Positions 1 through 14,219 of a DNA stretch of 64,000 nt are shown here, piece by piece (within the stretch, counting starts at the first letter, position 1; each line of letters begins with the position of its first letter). The translations under genes were made by a program, and so were the position numbers. Under the pieces are notes generated by a model that was not told the DNA's origin, ran no database searches, and worked only from the letters and a program-made list of their open reading frames with translations. Origin of the DNA: Eledone cirrhosa. Lineage: Eukaryota. The DNA is taken from the NCBI GenBank assembly GCA_964016885.1, contig OZ024761.1:12090001-12154000 (forward strand), in the 5' to 3' direction.

Positions 1-615
1 CTCTCTCTCTCTTGATCTGTGTCTGTCTCTCTCTCTTTCTTGGTCTCTCTCTCTCTTGGTCTCTCTCTCTCTTTCTCTCTTGATCTGTGTCCGTCTCTTT
101 CTTTCTTGTTCTGCCTCTCTCTCTCTCTCTCCCCTTGGATTATTGTGCAGCTTGGTGTGTGTGTCTCTATGGTTTGATGTATGTGTGTGTCTGTTCCGCT
201 GGCTTGGTGTGTGTGTGTTTGTGCATGTCTCTCTCTCTGGATTTAGTGAGACTTGGTCTCTCTCTCTCTCTGGCATTATGTGTATGTGTGTATGTATATG
301 TATGTATGTGTTTGCATATGTATGTGTGTGTCCACTCCTCTAACTCTGTTGTCTCTCTCTCTCTCTCTCTCTCTCTCTGGCTTGAAGGAGACAAGATTCT
401 ATCAGAAATTCTTTTGTTTAGCCATCTGTCTAAAGAGAGGTAAAGTTACAGAGTGTACTGGTGTGAGTGTGTGTGTGTACTTATGTGTGAGTGTGTGTGT
501 GTATATATATATGTGTATATATGTATATATATATATGTGTATGTATATATGTATATATATATATATATATATACATATATATGATGATGATATGTGTGTA
601 TATATATATACACAC

Positions 616-653
<38 letters not shown>

Positions 654-696
654 GTATATGTATATATATATATATATATACACATATATATATGTA

Positions 697-1410
697 TATC
701 ATCATCATCATCATCCATCTTACAAGCTAGCGTAGGTTAGACGGGAGTTGTCCCACTTGAGGCAAGGTTGGTCGGGTGACCATGTCTCGCTCATATAGGA
801 CTATCTGGTAGGTTTTCTATGGCTGGATGCCCTTCCTAACACCAACCACGTTTACAGTGTGGACTGGGAGGTTTTTACCGTGTTACCTACACGGCCACAT
901 TACAGCGTGGACTGTGTTTTTTTCTCGTGACACCTACACAATCTCGATCTCATTATCTCATTTATCTCATTTATTTGGACTGGATGTTGTGTTACCAACT
1001 TTACAGAGAGAGGGTGGTGTTGGTGGGAGTGGGAGGATAGAGTAGGGGTAGTGGATTGTGGTGTATATTTGGTTAAGAGGTGCCTACTGACTGTAGCTTT
1101 CGCTTTGTACATAGGCAAGGCGGGTTTCTGTATTACCGCGTAGCGCCAAAGATCTCGGTCCAGTGACATTGTCTTAGAGAGGTGCAAGTGTTTAAGGTCG
1201 GAATTTATCAAGTCGTCCCAGGTTTTTCTGGGTCTACCTACTCCGTAACTACCATCAATTTTGATCGCCCTGCACTTTTTTATACAGCTGTCGTCTTTCA
1301 TGCGCATCACGTGACCATACCAATGTAGTCTTCTCTCAAGTAAACAGCATCTGATCCCTCTTATTCCTAATTTCTCACTTAGTTCATTTATGCTTTGCTG
1401 TTCACGTATA
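697..1410 (-). mobile_element. RTE-clade LINE 3' fragment
   Basis: RRLHWYGHVMRM...GRPRKTW C-terminus, 3' UTR motif ggctggatgcccttcctaac, (CAT)n tail. Confidence 0.85.
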
Positions 1411-1412
1411 TG

Positions 1413-1489
<77 letters not shown>

Positions 1490-1493
<4 letters not shown>

Positions 1494-1816
1494 ATATTAA
1501 CAAATGGAAACTATATTTATAAAACCATATTTATTTTATTATATATATTTCAAGGGCAACCTTAACGGTTGTCTTTTTTCAGGGTATGTCAATATTTATT
1601 TATAAAACAAATCTGTATTTTATCAGATGAAAGCGCACCATAATTTGCCTTGGTGGCCCTTGAAATATGTATAATAAAATAAATATGGTTTTATAAATAT
1701 AGTTTCCATTTGTTAATATATTGTATATTTACTCCACTTACCTGTTGAGTGCTTTATATCAGTTATAAAAATGTTTAAGCTTGTTGAATCCCAACAAATG
1801 AAATATAACCTCTGCA
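1490..1816 (+). mobile_element. Family A foldback element (inverted arms 1490-1560 / 1655-1723 plus tail), mutated hammerhead (CAGATGA)
   Basis: caatatattaacaaatggaaactatatttataaaacc and its reverse complement; (TA)n flanks. Confidence 0.8.
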
Positions 1817-1885
1817 TATATATATATATTTCGTTTCTGAATTTGTTTAGCAAGATTCTTTATCTGAAAACGTGTGTTGAAACCA

Positions 1886-2301
1886 ATATTGTTATGCTTT
1901 GGGAGGGTCATGTTGCCAATAAGAAACACACGCACCAGTTGCTTTCACTCCAATTTATTATAAATTAAATTTATAAATTCCGATAAAATTCCGGTTGGTT
2001 GGTTGGTTCCATAACCGGACGGTTGTTCATATATTGTCACACAAAAACAAGATGGCGTAGGACAGAACAAAGGAGAGGCACAAAAACAAAGAAATGAATC
2101 CCAGTCACTGAAGAGGTCACAGAATGTGTGACGAAAGAACTTTGACAATATATGAACAACCGTCCGGTTATGGAACCAACCAACCAACCGGAAATTTATA
2201 AATTCTTAAATTTATAAATTTAATTTATAATAAATTGGAGTGAAAGTAACTGGTGCGTGTGTTTCTTATTGGCAACATGACTCTCCCAAAGCATAACAAT
2301 A
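1886..2301. mobile_element. Family B foldback element with ~150-bp arms and a central hammerhead
   Basis: Arms atattgttatgctttgggag...tattgtca / tgacaata...cccaaagcataacaatat. Confidence 0.8.
2104..2146 (+). ncRNA. Type I hammerhead ribozyme motif
   Basis: GUCA-CUGAAGA-G-GUCACA(GAAUG)UGUGAC-GAAA-GAACUU-UGAC. Confidence 0.65.
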
Positions 2302-2422
2302 TATATATATGCACACACCCACCCACCCTGAATTCTTTCTTTCTGTGTTACTTATTTCTCAATTTAGCGTAGTATCACCATCATCATTATCCCTCTATTT
2401 TCTTGACTGGTAAATACAGATA

Positions 2423-2459
<37 letters not shown>

Positions 2460-2541
2460 CATATGTATAGAAGTGTGTATGTATGTTTGTATATGTGTGT
2501 ATGCGTATATATGTGTATGTATGTATATGCATACATGTATG

Positions 2542-2585
<44 letters not shown>

Positions 2586-2678
2586 TATGTATACACACAC
2601 ACACATATATATATATTTATACCCATATATATATATACACACACAAATATATACATATATATATATATACACACACAC

Positions 2679-2709
<31 letters not shown>

Positions 2710-2720
2710 TATATATATAT

Positions 2721-2761
<41 letters not shown>

Positions 2762-3244
2762 TATATATATATATATACACACACATATATACATATATAT
2801 ATATATATATTCACACACATATATACATATATATATATATTCACACACATATATACATATATATATATATACACACACATATATACACACATAGATACAC
2901 ACATATATATATATATACATATATATATATACACACACATATATATATATGTGTTAGGTGAAGTAGATGCGTTGTAAGCCTCAGTTCATTTTTCTGTCCT
3001 CTTCTGAATCTGTTCACTTGAGATAATACTGAAAACTTTCCTCCCTTCATACAAAGACTTTACTATTGACGGGGTGGGGGGTGGGGTATCTTGTCTGTAG
3101 ACTGTTTATGGCCCTTCACTGTACTGCCTCTTGCACACCTCCCTTCATCATACACTCATTTATGTGTGTGTGTGTGTGAGTATATATATATATGTATGTA
3201 TATATGTATGTATATATGTATATATATATATGTATATATATATA

Positions 3245-5710
3245 TCATCATCATCATCATCACCGTTTTACGTCCGTTCTTCCACGCTAGCATGGGTTAG
3301 ACGGGTTGTCCTGTTGTGGGCAGTGTCTGGTCGGCTGACCATGCCTTGCTCATACAGGAACTGATCTGGCTTGATTTCTACAGCTGGATGCCCTTCCTAA
3401 CACCAACCTCATTTACAGTGAGTGCTGGGTGCTTTTTCGTGGCGCCTACACGTCCACTTTACAGTGTGGGCTGGGTGCTTTTTTGCCGTGGCACCTCCAC
3501 GACCACCTTGCGGTGGGGGGGGGGGGCATATTGTTTATATGCTTCAGCATGTACCCATGGGAGGTCGGGTACCCTGTATTACTGCGTGACGCCAGAAGTC
3601 ACGGTCGTGTGTCATTGACTTTGAGAGGTGTAGTTGGGTAAGGTCGGCTTTTATCACCTCATCCCAAGTCATCTTGGGTCTCCCCACTCCGCGGTTTCCA
3701 TCAACTTCTAGTGCTCTGCACCTTTTTATGCAGCTGTCATCCTTCATACGCATCACATGTCCATACCAGCGTAACCGCCTCTCCTGCACGCAGCATTTGA
3801 TTCCTCTTATGCTCAGTCTCTCTCTCAATTCATTTATGCTTTGTCGTTCACGTATATTACTGTTACACATCCATCGGAGCATGCAGGCTTCGTTTCTCTC
3901 TAATCTACGTAAGTCTTCCACCTTCAGCGCCCAGGTCTCACTACCATGCAACATCGCTGTTCGGATACACGCATCATACAGTCTGCCTTTCATTCTGAGG
4001 GAGAAGCCTTTTGCAGCTAGCAGTGGTAGTAGTTCCCTAAACTTCTTCCATCCCGTTCTTACCCTAGTTATTGTACTTTCTGAGCACCCACCTCCGTTGC
4101 TAATTCGGTCACCTAGGTAGCAGAAGCTGTCTACTGTTTCTACAGGGCCCTCCCAGAGATTGGTGGTACTTGTTTCCTGTGGCTGTTTGCTTGCTGTTTC
4201 AGCACAGCTGCTGCATGTGAATCCTACATTCTTAATTAAGCTTCCTGAGATCCCGCTACATCTCTTGTGTACCCATTGTTTGCATTTGGGGCAAAGAATG
4301 GAGTTCCTACCTACACCTTTCCTACATACTGAGCAAGGCCATTTCCCTGAGGGGATCTGGGTTCTGTTTTCTCGTCTACTTATAAGGACCTTAGTCTTTG
4401 TCATGTTGACTTTGAGGCCCTTTCTCTCTAGTCCCTGCTTCCAGGTTTGGAATTTATTCTCTAGTTCTACCATAGATTCAGCTATGAGTGCGAGGTCATC
4501 AGCATACAGGAGTTCCCATGGGCATCCGGTCTTAAACTCCTCCGTTATTGCCTGCAGGACTATGATGAACAGGAGAGGGCTAAGAACAGAGCCCTGGTGG
4601 ACCCCAACCTGTACGCTAAATTCCTCGCTATACTCATTGCCAATCCTAACTTTGCTGACTGCTCCCCTATACATGGCTTGTACCGCTTTCACAAGCCATT
4701 CATCTACTCCTAGTTTTCTAAGAGCCCACCAGATTACTGCACGTGGAACTCTGTCAAAGGCTTTCTCAAGGTCGACAAATGCCAAGTAGAGTGGCTTACT
4801 TTTAGCTAGGTACTTTTCCTGTAATTGCCTCACAAGGAAGAGCGCATCAGTGGTGCCTTTCCCTGGAACAAACCCAAATTGCATCTCGTCTATATTCACC
4901 CGGTCCCTAATCAGCTGTGCTATAACTCTTTCTGTTACTTTCATGACCTGGTCCATCAACTTTATACCTCTATAGTTTCCTCTATCTAGTGCATCGCCTT
5001 TACCTTTGTAGCAGTTGACAATGATGCTACTGCACCAATCTTTTGGTATGGCCCCCTCTAGTATTACCTGGTTAACGATACGTGTGGTTATAGTGTGACC
5101 TACAGACCCAGATGCCTTCAGCATCTCGGCAGCTATACCCGATGGACCGGTTGCCTTCCCTATCTTCATATCTCTGATTGCCTTACTTACTACGCTGCCG
5201 CTGACTTGTACTGCTGGTCCCTCTATAGGGTCTACGTGGGGTAGGGTCTCTTCTTCCCATGCATTCTCCTCATTTAGTAATCTATCATAATGACTCTTCC
5301 ATGCATCTTTCTTCTCAGCACTTGTGAGGGCAAGCTCACCTTTATCATTCCGGATACACTTCTCTCCAATGACATCACAACTATCTCTGACACACTGCCT
5401 CGCAATCTTGAATACCTCCTGTTTCTGGTCCTCACGTTGTAAAACATGCTTGAATTTTCTATCCTCTGCTTCCCTCCTAGCTAAGTATACTTGTCGCCTA
5501 GCTTCCCTCTTGGTCTCTATGTAATGTACCCTGCTCCCCCCGTTCTTCCATTCTTTCCATGCCTGTCTCTTGGCCTTGACTGCTTCATCTACCTTATTGT
5601 TCCACCACCAAGTCACTCTCCTCCTGCTTGAGGTCTTACTCCAGCCACAAACCTCATCCGTCGCCTCTAGTAAGTTATTTTTTAGGAACTCCCAGTTCTC
5701 TTCTACGTTA
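3245..5710 (-). mobile_element. 5'-truncated RTE-clade LINE; open RT ORF 3544-5616
   Basis: NYRGIKL, QFGF, FVDLEKAFDRV, GVHQGSVLSPLLF, YADD, Cys-rich CSVC/CPKC insert, RRLRWYGHV; (CAT)n tail. Confidence 0.95.
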
Positions 5711-5864
5711 AATGTCTCTATCTGTTCTTCTTATATATATATATATGTATGTATATATGTATGTATATATATATGTATATATATATGTATATATATATAT
5801 ATGTATATACACATGAATATATGTATATATATATGTACATATATATATACATATATATATACGA

Positions 5865-6033
5865 GTAAACAGCACCTGATGTACCCCTTCCATACACATG
5901 CACACATGTGTATATCATGACTCATGCACTGTTCATTTTCCTGACATTTGTACATTACCCTATGAACTATACATACACTTTTGATGAGTTGTAGTGCACC
6001 TGAGCACTGTACACAATATTTTCATTATTATTT

Positions 6034-6035
<2 letters not shown>
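5865..6035 (+). mobile_element. CR1-like LINE 3' UTR fragment
   Basis: Matches 14490-14655 (gatgagttgtagtgcacctgagcactgtacacaa plus (ATT)n). Confidence 0.7.
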
Positions 6036-6085
<50 letters not shown>

Positions 6086-6350
6086 TTAAGATTAAAATAA
6101 CAGGAGACCAGACAGGTGAATTTCCCTTAAAGTTTTATTGTCTTTAAAGACACAAACAGGTGTTATTCTCTGACAACCTATACACCTGAGACCAGGATAT
6201 GTACTCCATTGAAGAAACAATGACCTTGACATAAAAGTGACTTTGACATAATCATTAACAATGACTTTCACACCTACTGTCTCTAAACAGTGACCCTGAG
6301 AACACTGCTCTTCCAATATTGTCAGTGATGTTTGAAACTGTTGTATGCTC

Positions 6351-6406
<56 letters not shown>

Positions 6407-6408
6407 AT

Positions 6409-6747
6409 CTAAGGCGGGTAAAATTCCCGAGATCCATGGACGAGTTCTCCCCAGCGGTCTCTGTCCCTCATTATCGCTGCCATGTCCTGCGTCTCCAACA
6501 GACCAGTGTCTGTCCTTAGGGCATCAACATATGTTAACCTTGGTCTTCCTCTTCTAGTGTGTCCACGTAGGGGCTCCCAAAGGAGCACTGAGTGCAATGT
6601 CAACTCTGGATGTCGGTGAGCATGTCCAGCCAACCTCAGTCTCCTCTGTGTCACTTTTGAGCTGACTTTTGGGATGCTCCCATACAGCTCTGAGTTTTTC
6701 ATCCTCAGTGTATACTGATTAATGTTCAGAGCCATCCTCAGCATTCT
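6409..6747 (-). mobile_element. RTE/RTEX-type LINE C-terminal fragment (distinct family)
   Basis: RRLRLAGHAHRHPE...LLWEP..G...RGRP. Confidence 0.75.
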
Positions 6748-6794
6748 CGTTTATTGGGAGCAAAGATATATATATCTCGTGGAATTGGAAGCAA

Positions 6795-7418
<624 letters not shown>

Positions 7419-7474
7419 TGTATATATAGATATATATATATATATATATGTATTGTATATATAGATATATATGT

Positions 7475-7513
<39 letters not shown>

Positions 7514-7628
7514 TGTATATATAGATATATATGTATTGTATATAGATATATATAGATATATATGTATTGTATATATATATATAATTCAAAATATTAACAA
7601 ATGAAGACATTCACATAATCAAAAGAGA

Positions 7629-7694
7629 TGTTTTATTATATATATTTCGAAGGTACTGTGCTGTTTTTTCAGTACGTCCTCGTCAGATAAAATA
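7629..7694 (-). ncRNA. Hammerhead ribozyme motif
   Basis: Reverse complement: UAUUUUAU-CUGACGA-GGACGUACUG..CAGUACCUUC-GAAA-UAUAUAUA-AUAAAACA. Confidence 0.75.
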
Positions 7695-7799
7695 CATGAA
7701 TTGATGTATGACATACCTCAACAGTCTTGATGGTTCAATTCCAGTCTTGGCAGTGATTTATTACATCAAATCTCAACATTTATATACCACAAATAATAA

Positions 7800-7990
7800 T
7801 TGTTTCTACTTTAGGCACAAGGCCAGCAATTACTCCAGTACATTACTGGTACTTTATTTTATCGACCCCGTAAGGATGAAAGGCAAAGTTAACCTCGGCA
7901 GGATTTGAACTCAGATCATAAAGGGAGGTAACTCTATGCTTCAAAGCATGGTGTCCGACCCTCTACTGATACTGCGAATCCACCGCCTTA
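7800..7990 (-). mobile_element. tRNA-derived SINE (family 1)
   Basis: B-box gagttcaaatcc plus conserved core gcctttcatccttacggggtcgataaaataaagtacc; about 10 copies in the window. Confidence 0.8.
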
Positions 7991-7991
7991 A

Positions 7992-8925
7992 TCTATATAT
8001 ATAAAACTGTGGTTGTCTGTCTGTCTATCGATTTTTGGCACACATCTCCTCTTAGAATCTCTCACGGAATTGCACCGAAATTGCTATACTTGTACATTGA
8101 GCCCTAGCGAAGACATCGGAAAAAAAAATTTCAAATTGACCCACCCTATGTGACGAAATCGAATATAATGTATCGATTTTTGAGCGTAAGTTATCAGTTA
8201 TTTCCCTTTGTTCTGTTTACATTGAGCGTCTTACATAAAAAATTACGCTGGCTTTAACAGTTGTCGAGCCAGCAAAATATTGACCTGCAAAATTCATCAG
8301 TTCGAACACTAAACTTCCGTTTTGCTTCATTTCCATTTAAAAGCATTTTAAAACAATATTTTTACTTGAAAACAAGTCTATTTAAAGACTACGTAAAACA
8401 AGCAAATATTTCGTCGTTAGGCGTGCAGACAGACAGTCGTGCAGAGAGGTGATATACGCGTGCAGACAGACAGTCGTGCAGAGAGGTGATATAGGCGTGC
8501 AGACAGACAGTCGTGCAGAGAGGTGATATAGGCGTGCAGACAGACAGTCGTGCAGAGAGGTGATATAGGCGTGCAGACAGACAGTCGTGCAGAGAGGTGA
8601 TATAGGCGTGCAGACAGACATAACTGATAATTTGGTTACGCTAATGTTTTTCTCTGCGTTGCAGTGTTTACATTTTCGATCTTTGTTAATAAATAACCAG
8701 TGCAGTTTTTATCCCCAGCATCCTCTTTTGTTATAACATTCGGGTTATCGTTATGTTTTCTTAACTTCATAAGGCATATTGTTGGTTGAGGGAATATTAA
8801 TCAAAAACACCACATGCAAGTCTGCACAGTAGACACTACAGTTTTTAAGCCAAAAAAGAAACTTAACATTGTAACTTTAACACAGCTACTGAGCGACCCC
8901 GAGCAACGCCGGGCTTTACTGCTAG
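7992..8925 (+). mobile_element. Non-autonomous Helitron with internal ~32-bp tandem array (8419-8620)
   Basis: A|TC 5' end; 3' hairpin cccgagcaacgccggg, then CTAG|T. Confidence 0.8.
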
Positions 8926-9129
8926 TATATAATAATATTTATACTTATATATGAGTTATATAGAATTGTAAATATGAAAGTGTAGTATTAAGCACTACCA
9001 GGAAGAGACAAAGCTCAATGTAAGTTATCCGATGTATTACAGAGCAGAGATACAAAATATAACATATATCTCTCTATATATATATGGAGAGTCTTCTTCT
9101 TTGACTACCCTGATGTAGCATCTACCAAT

Positions 9130-9355
9130 GATAAGTTCGGTTTCTAAATGAATAAAGCACCACCCACCAACAGCCTACATGAACCATTTGAGGAAGACCT
9201 CTTCAAAATGATCAGAGACATAAAATTTCGTAGAGCCAACCCACCATTCCAGGCCTATCTAATAGACGGAATGCGGAAAATGAAAAGTTCCCCCAATCTC
9301 CATGTCCTCTCCGATAAAACCAAAGGCATATATGAGGTGGACTTACCGACCTATA
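9130..9355 (+). mobile_element. Penelope-like element ORF fragment (region N-terminal to RT)
   Basis: PP...FEEDL..MI..IKFR....FQ..L......KSS....V.SDKT..IYE resembles the DKG/DKT motif region of PLE proteins. Confidence 0.65.
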
Positions 9356-9384
9356 TATGGAAAAAGTTTGCCATAAACTTTTTC

Positions 9385-9822
9385 CACATGGCTTAGTGGT
9401 TAGAGCATTGGTCTTGCAATCGAAAGGTTGTCAGTTCAATTCTCAGACCGGGTGATGTGTTGTTTCCTTGAGCAAGACACTTTATTTCACATTGCTCCAG
9501 TTTACTCAGCTGTAGAAATGAGATAATAGGGACTGGGGTCCCTATCATTCCACTGCAAAGTGGTCGTGGAGGCACCACGGCAAAAAAGCACCCAGCCCAC
9601 ACTGTAAAGTGGATGTGTAGGCGCCACAGAAAAAAACCCCAGCACTCACTGTAAATGAGGTTGGTGTTAGAAAGGGCATCCAGCTGTAGAAATGTGGCCA
9701 GAATCAGTTCCTGTATGAGCAAGACAAGGTCAGTGGACCTGGTATTGCCCACAACAGGACAACCCGTGTAACCCATGCTAGCATGGAAGAATGGCCATAA
9801 AACGACGATGACGATGATGATG
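9385..9822 (+). mobile_element. Composite SINE (family 2): tRNA head, central domain and RTE-derived 3' tail
   Basis: A-box tggcttagtgg, B-box agttcaattc, ccttgagcaagacact core, tail gttagaaagggcatccagc...(GAT)n; near-identical copy at 29760-30087. Confidence 0.8.
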
Positions 9823-10196
9823 ATATATATATATATATATAAGCCCTGTAGTTCTGATCTAGCTGTCTGACAATGTTGTCTTCTTCCCCCCCCCCCCCTC
9901 TCACTGTAATTACTCATTACTGTCAATGTTTTTTAAAGGTCAGCTAGCATGTAGTATTGCTGAATAGGTAGGTAGGGGTGGGATGGGTAGATATGCGGGT
10001 AGGTAAGTAAGAAGGTAGGTAGGTGGGTAGGTAAGTAAGAAGGTAGGTAGGTGGGTAGGTAAGTAAGAAGGTAGGTAGGTGGGTAGGTAAGTAAGAAGGT
10101 AGGTAGGTAAGGTGCTGGTGAGTTTTCTTTTCACTCTAGGCCAATTTTTTTTTATGTTATTATTTTAATAAACTAGGCAGCTATTTGTTATATCAA

Positions 10197-11428
10197 CCAC
10201 CACTACCACCACCACTACCACCACCACAGCCGCCACCACCACCACCACCACAGCCGCCACCACCACTACCACACCACCACCACCATCACCACCACCACCA
10301 CGACCACCACCACCACTACCACCACCACCACAGCCGCCACCACGACTACCACTACCACCACCACCACCACCACTACCACCACTACCACCACCACCACTAC
10401 CACCACCACCACTATCACCACCACCACCACTACTACCACCACCACAGCCGCCACCACGACCACCACCACCACCACTACCACCACCACAGCCGCCACCACG
10501 ACTACCACTACCACCACCACCACCACCACTACCACCACTACCACCACTACCACCACCACCACTACCACCACCACCACTATCACCACCACCACCACTACCA
10601 CCACCACCACAGCCGCCACCACGACCACCACCACCACCACTACCACCACCACAGCCGCCACCACGACCACCACTACCACCACTACCACCACCACAGCCGC
10701 CACCACGACCACCACTACCACCACTACCACCACCACAGCCGCCACCACGACCACCACGACCACCACTACCACCACCACCACCACTATCACCACCACCACC
10801 ACTACCACTATCACCACCACCATCACCACCACCACCACCACTATCATCACCACCACCACCACCACCACCACCACTATCACACCACCACCACTATCACCAC
10901 CACCACCACCACTATCACCACCACCACCACCACTATCACCACCACCACCACCACTACCACACCACCACCACCATCACCACCACCACCACTACCACCACCA
11001 CCACTACCACACCACCACCACCACCACCACTATCACTATCACCACCACCACCACCACCACCACCACTATCACCACCACCACCACCACCACCACTATCACC
11101 ACCACCACCACCACTATCACCACCACCACCATCACCACCACTATCACCACCACCACCACCACCACCACTATCACCACCATCACCACCACTATCACCACCA
11201 CCACCATCACCACCACTATCACCACCACCACCACCACCACCACTATCACCACTACCACCACCACCACCACCACCACCACTATCACCACCACCACTATCAC
11301 CACCACCACCACCATCACCACCATCACCACCACCACCACTATCACCACCACCACCACCACTATCACCACCACCACCACCACTATCACCACCACCACCACC
11401 ACTATCACCACCGTCACCACCACCACCG
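10197..11428. repeat. (CAC/TAC)n triplet microsatellite
   Basis: Direct observation. Confidence 0.95.
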
Positions 11429-11739
11429 CCCTAAAAACGCTGTTGTATGTCAATATGGAGCCCCTACGACTCTATCAAGTGTTATGGGACCCTACATATA
11501 TAATACCATGCTTGTACTGAGGTCAAGTAGAGGTTTAAAAAAAACGCCCTAGAAATATGGCAATATGGCACCTCTATGACTCTCTCAAGAGTTACAGGTC
11601 CACACATACGTGTGTGTGTGTGTGTGTGTGAGTGTGTGTGTGTGTGTGTGTGAGTGTGTGTGTGTGAGTGTCTATAGGTGAGTGGGTCACAATAGTGAGA
11701 GATGGGGAGTGCAGGAGGGATGGGGACGGTAACAGTGGG

Positions 11740-11932
11740 AGTTGGGGTACCTTTTGTGTTCACGACAAAAAGCACCCAGTCCACACTGTAATGTGGTTGG
11801 TGTTAGGAAGGGCCTCCAGCCGTAGAAATCAAACCAGAAACAGTTCCTGTATGAACAAGACATGTTCATCTGATCTGACTTAACACACAGTGGGACAACT
11901 TGTCTAACCCATGCTAGAGTGGAAAATGGATG
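11740..11932 (+). mobile_element. RTE 3'-tail fragment
   Basis: ggttggtgttaggaagggcctccagcc...aacccatgctag. Confidence 0.7.
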
Positions 11933-12231
11933 TTAACACTTTAGCATTTACATTACTCTGTGTTTACTATTGTATTTTTGTAGTAAACGCATTATCTTAC
12001 ATAATTATCTCGCATAATATCAAATCTACAAGATCTTTGTCATCTTTTTTTGAGAAAAATACCATAATGTTTGTATGAGTGGCCAGTTACGGCCAGTTAT
12101 GGCCAGTTATGGCTAGTTATGGCCAGTTACGGCCAGTTATGGCCAGTTACGGCCAGTTATGGCCAGTTTAAACAGAAAGAGGTGAGAGAATTCTGGTCTG
12201 AATACGGCCGGTTTAAATGCTAAAGGGTTAA
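11933..12231. mobile_element. TTAA-flanked (piggyBac-like) MITE
   Basis: TTAA-cactttagcattta ... taaatgctaaaggg-TTAA; internal 10-bp ggccagttay repeats. Confidence 0.7.
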
Positions 12232-12794
12232 ACGGTAATGATGATGATGAAGGCATTGGTCATCTGAAGGCTGTAGTAGACAATACCTGTCCAATTTGCC
12301 ACATAGTAGGAATGAAACCCAAACCTCATGGTTGCTAAGTGAGCTCCTTAGCAACACATCCATGCCAGTAGATATATTTCAGGAAAATCATTCACGAAAT
12401 ACTATTCTCATTATCCTTGTTTTACATCTAATTTCCAAGCTTACTTGAGTTGGACAGCTCATATGACTGTATCTACTACCTCATCGGTACTAGCCTGGCA
12501 TGGGTTCTACAGCTGGGTGTCCTTCCTAATGCCAGCCTCTTCACAGTGTGTACCAGGTGTGTTTTATAATGGTCCTGCAACCCCCATCTGACAGGGGTAA
12601 TAACACTGGAGTAAAATCCATTGCCACTACACATTACAGTAGATCCAGCAAGCTGTAGAACCCATGCCAGAACTGTTATTATTTTTGTAACTCATTTGAC
12701 TTACAAGAAATAGTAGCAAAATCTCCCTCAGATCACATCCGGCCATCTTAGTAGCTACCACCACCACAACAACAGCAACAATAACAGCAGGCAT

Positions 12795-13260
12795 CCGCAA
12801 CCTGGTGCTGTCTGCAACTAACCCAGGTTCTGCTGCACGTCGGGGGGCTGAAGAGGCCAAACTCTCCAAGTACCGGTCGCTCTCCAACAGGTTTGCGGTT
12901 GTACCCTTGGCAGTGGAGACTTCTGGTGTCCTCGGCCCTAGGGCTACCTCACTACTAACCACCATAGGCGCTGAGCTGGCCAGCCGCAGGTGTGAGCCTC
13001 ACGAGTTGGAATGGCTCTTCCAGCACGTCATCCTCACCATCCTCCGAGGAAACGCCTTCTCCATCCTGTCCGCCGGGGCTGTGGGGAGGCCAGCACGTGG
13101 AACCCCATCTGCTCACCATACGGAGAGATGGGGAGGGCGAGAGAGATGGGGGCGATGACAGTGGGAGTTCGACTGACTGATTCTTGTAGCATTGATTTGT
13201 CATTGCCACATTATATCCTACAAGTATACATAGATACATTTAACACTTTTCTACTATAAA
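12795..13260 (+). mobile_element. RLE-type non-LTR retrotransposon C-terminal fragment (CRE-like)
   Basis: GSAA...E..K..KY......F.VVPLAVETSGVLG...GNA motif. Confidence 0.7.
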
Positions 13261-13465
13261 TCAACTCGATAACATGTAAGAATTATAGTAAGGTTTCTCA
13301 CAGTGATTGCTCCCTATTACAGCTGAGAAATCTGTTTTTATCCTACATAGACTAATGAGTTTATCACAATTTATTTAATATATGAAACCTCACAATGTCA
13401 TGAAAGGCCATTGACATTATATAAAAATAATTTGAGCAGTATCTAATAAAAACAAAACTGCACTA

Positions 13466-14094
13466 TTAACCCTATATATTTACTATTGTATTTTAACAGT
13501 AAAGTCTTTATCTCATATACTATCTCACATAACATTTACATTACTCTATATATACTATTGTATTTTCACAGTAAAGGCTTTACCTCACATAATATCTTAC
13601 ATAACATTTACATTACTCTATATATACTATTGTATTTTAACAGTAAAGTCTTTACCTCACATAATATCTCACATAACATTTACATTACTCTATATATACT
13701 ATTGTATTTTAACAGTAAAGTCTTTACCTCACATAATATCTCACATAACATTTACATTACTCTATATATACTATTGTATTTTCACAGTAAAGGCTTTACC
13801 TCACATAATATCTCACATAACATTTACATTACTCTATATATACTATTGTATATTTTAACAGTAAAGTCTTTACCTCATATAATATCTCACATAACATTTA
13901 CATTACTCTATATATACTATTGTAATTTCATGGTAAAGGCTTTATCTCACATAAAATCGAATCTATGAGGATCTGATTTTTATTTTGAGAACAATACCAT
14001 AGGATCAGTATGAGCAGCTGGCTACAGCTGGTTTGAACAGAAAGAGGTGAGAGAATTCTGGCCGGATATGGCCGGTTTAAATGCTAAAGGGTTA
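13466..14094. mobile_element. Same TTAA MITE carrying a 63-bp tandem array (~7 units)
   Basis: TTAACCCT start, taaatgctaaagggTTAA end, repeat cacataacatttacattactctatatatactattg. Confidence 0.75.
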
Positions 14095-14219
14095 AAGGAA
14101 GAAGAAAAAAGAAAATGAAAAGGTGTAGCTAAAAGAGAATTCTGGTATATAGTTTTACACACCTGCTGTGTAATTTTACACACCTTACATGAGTTTTTGT
14201 TAAAAAAATCTTTAACCAT

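Noticed and set aside
56-3364. Many I/Y/C/V/H/T-rich ORFs here and throughout the window
   Set aside because: They are translations of (TA)n, (CA)n and (CT)n microsatellites.
10185-11552. 455-aa His-rich ORF
   Set aside because: (CAC)n repeat, open in several frames, with no splice or unique context.
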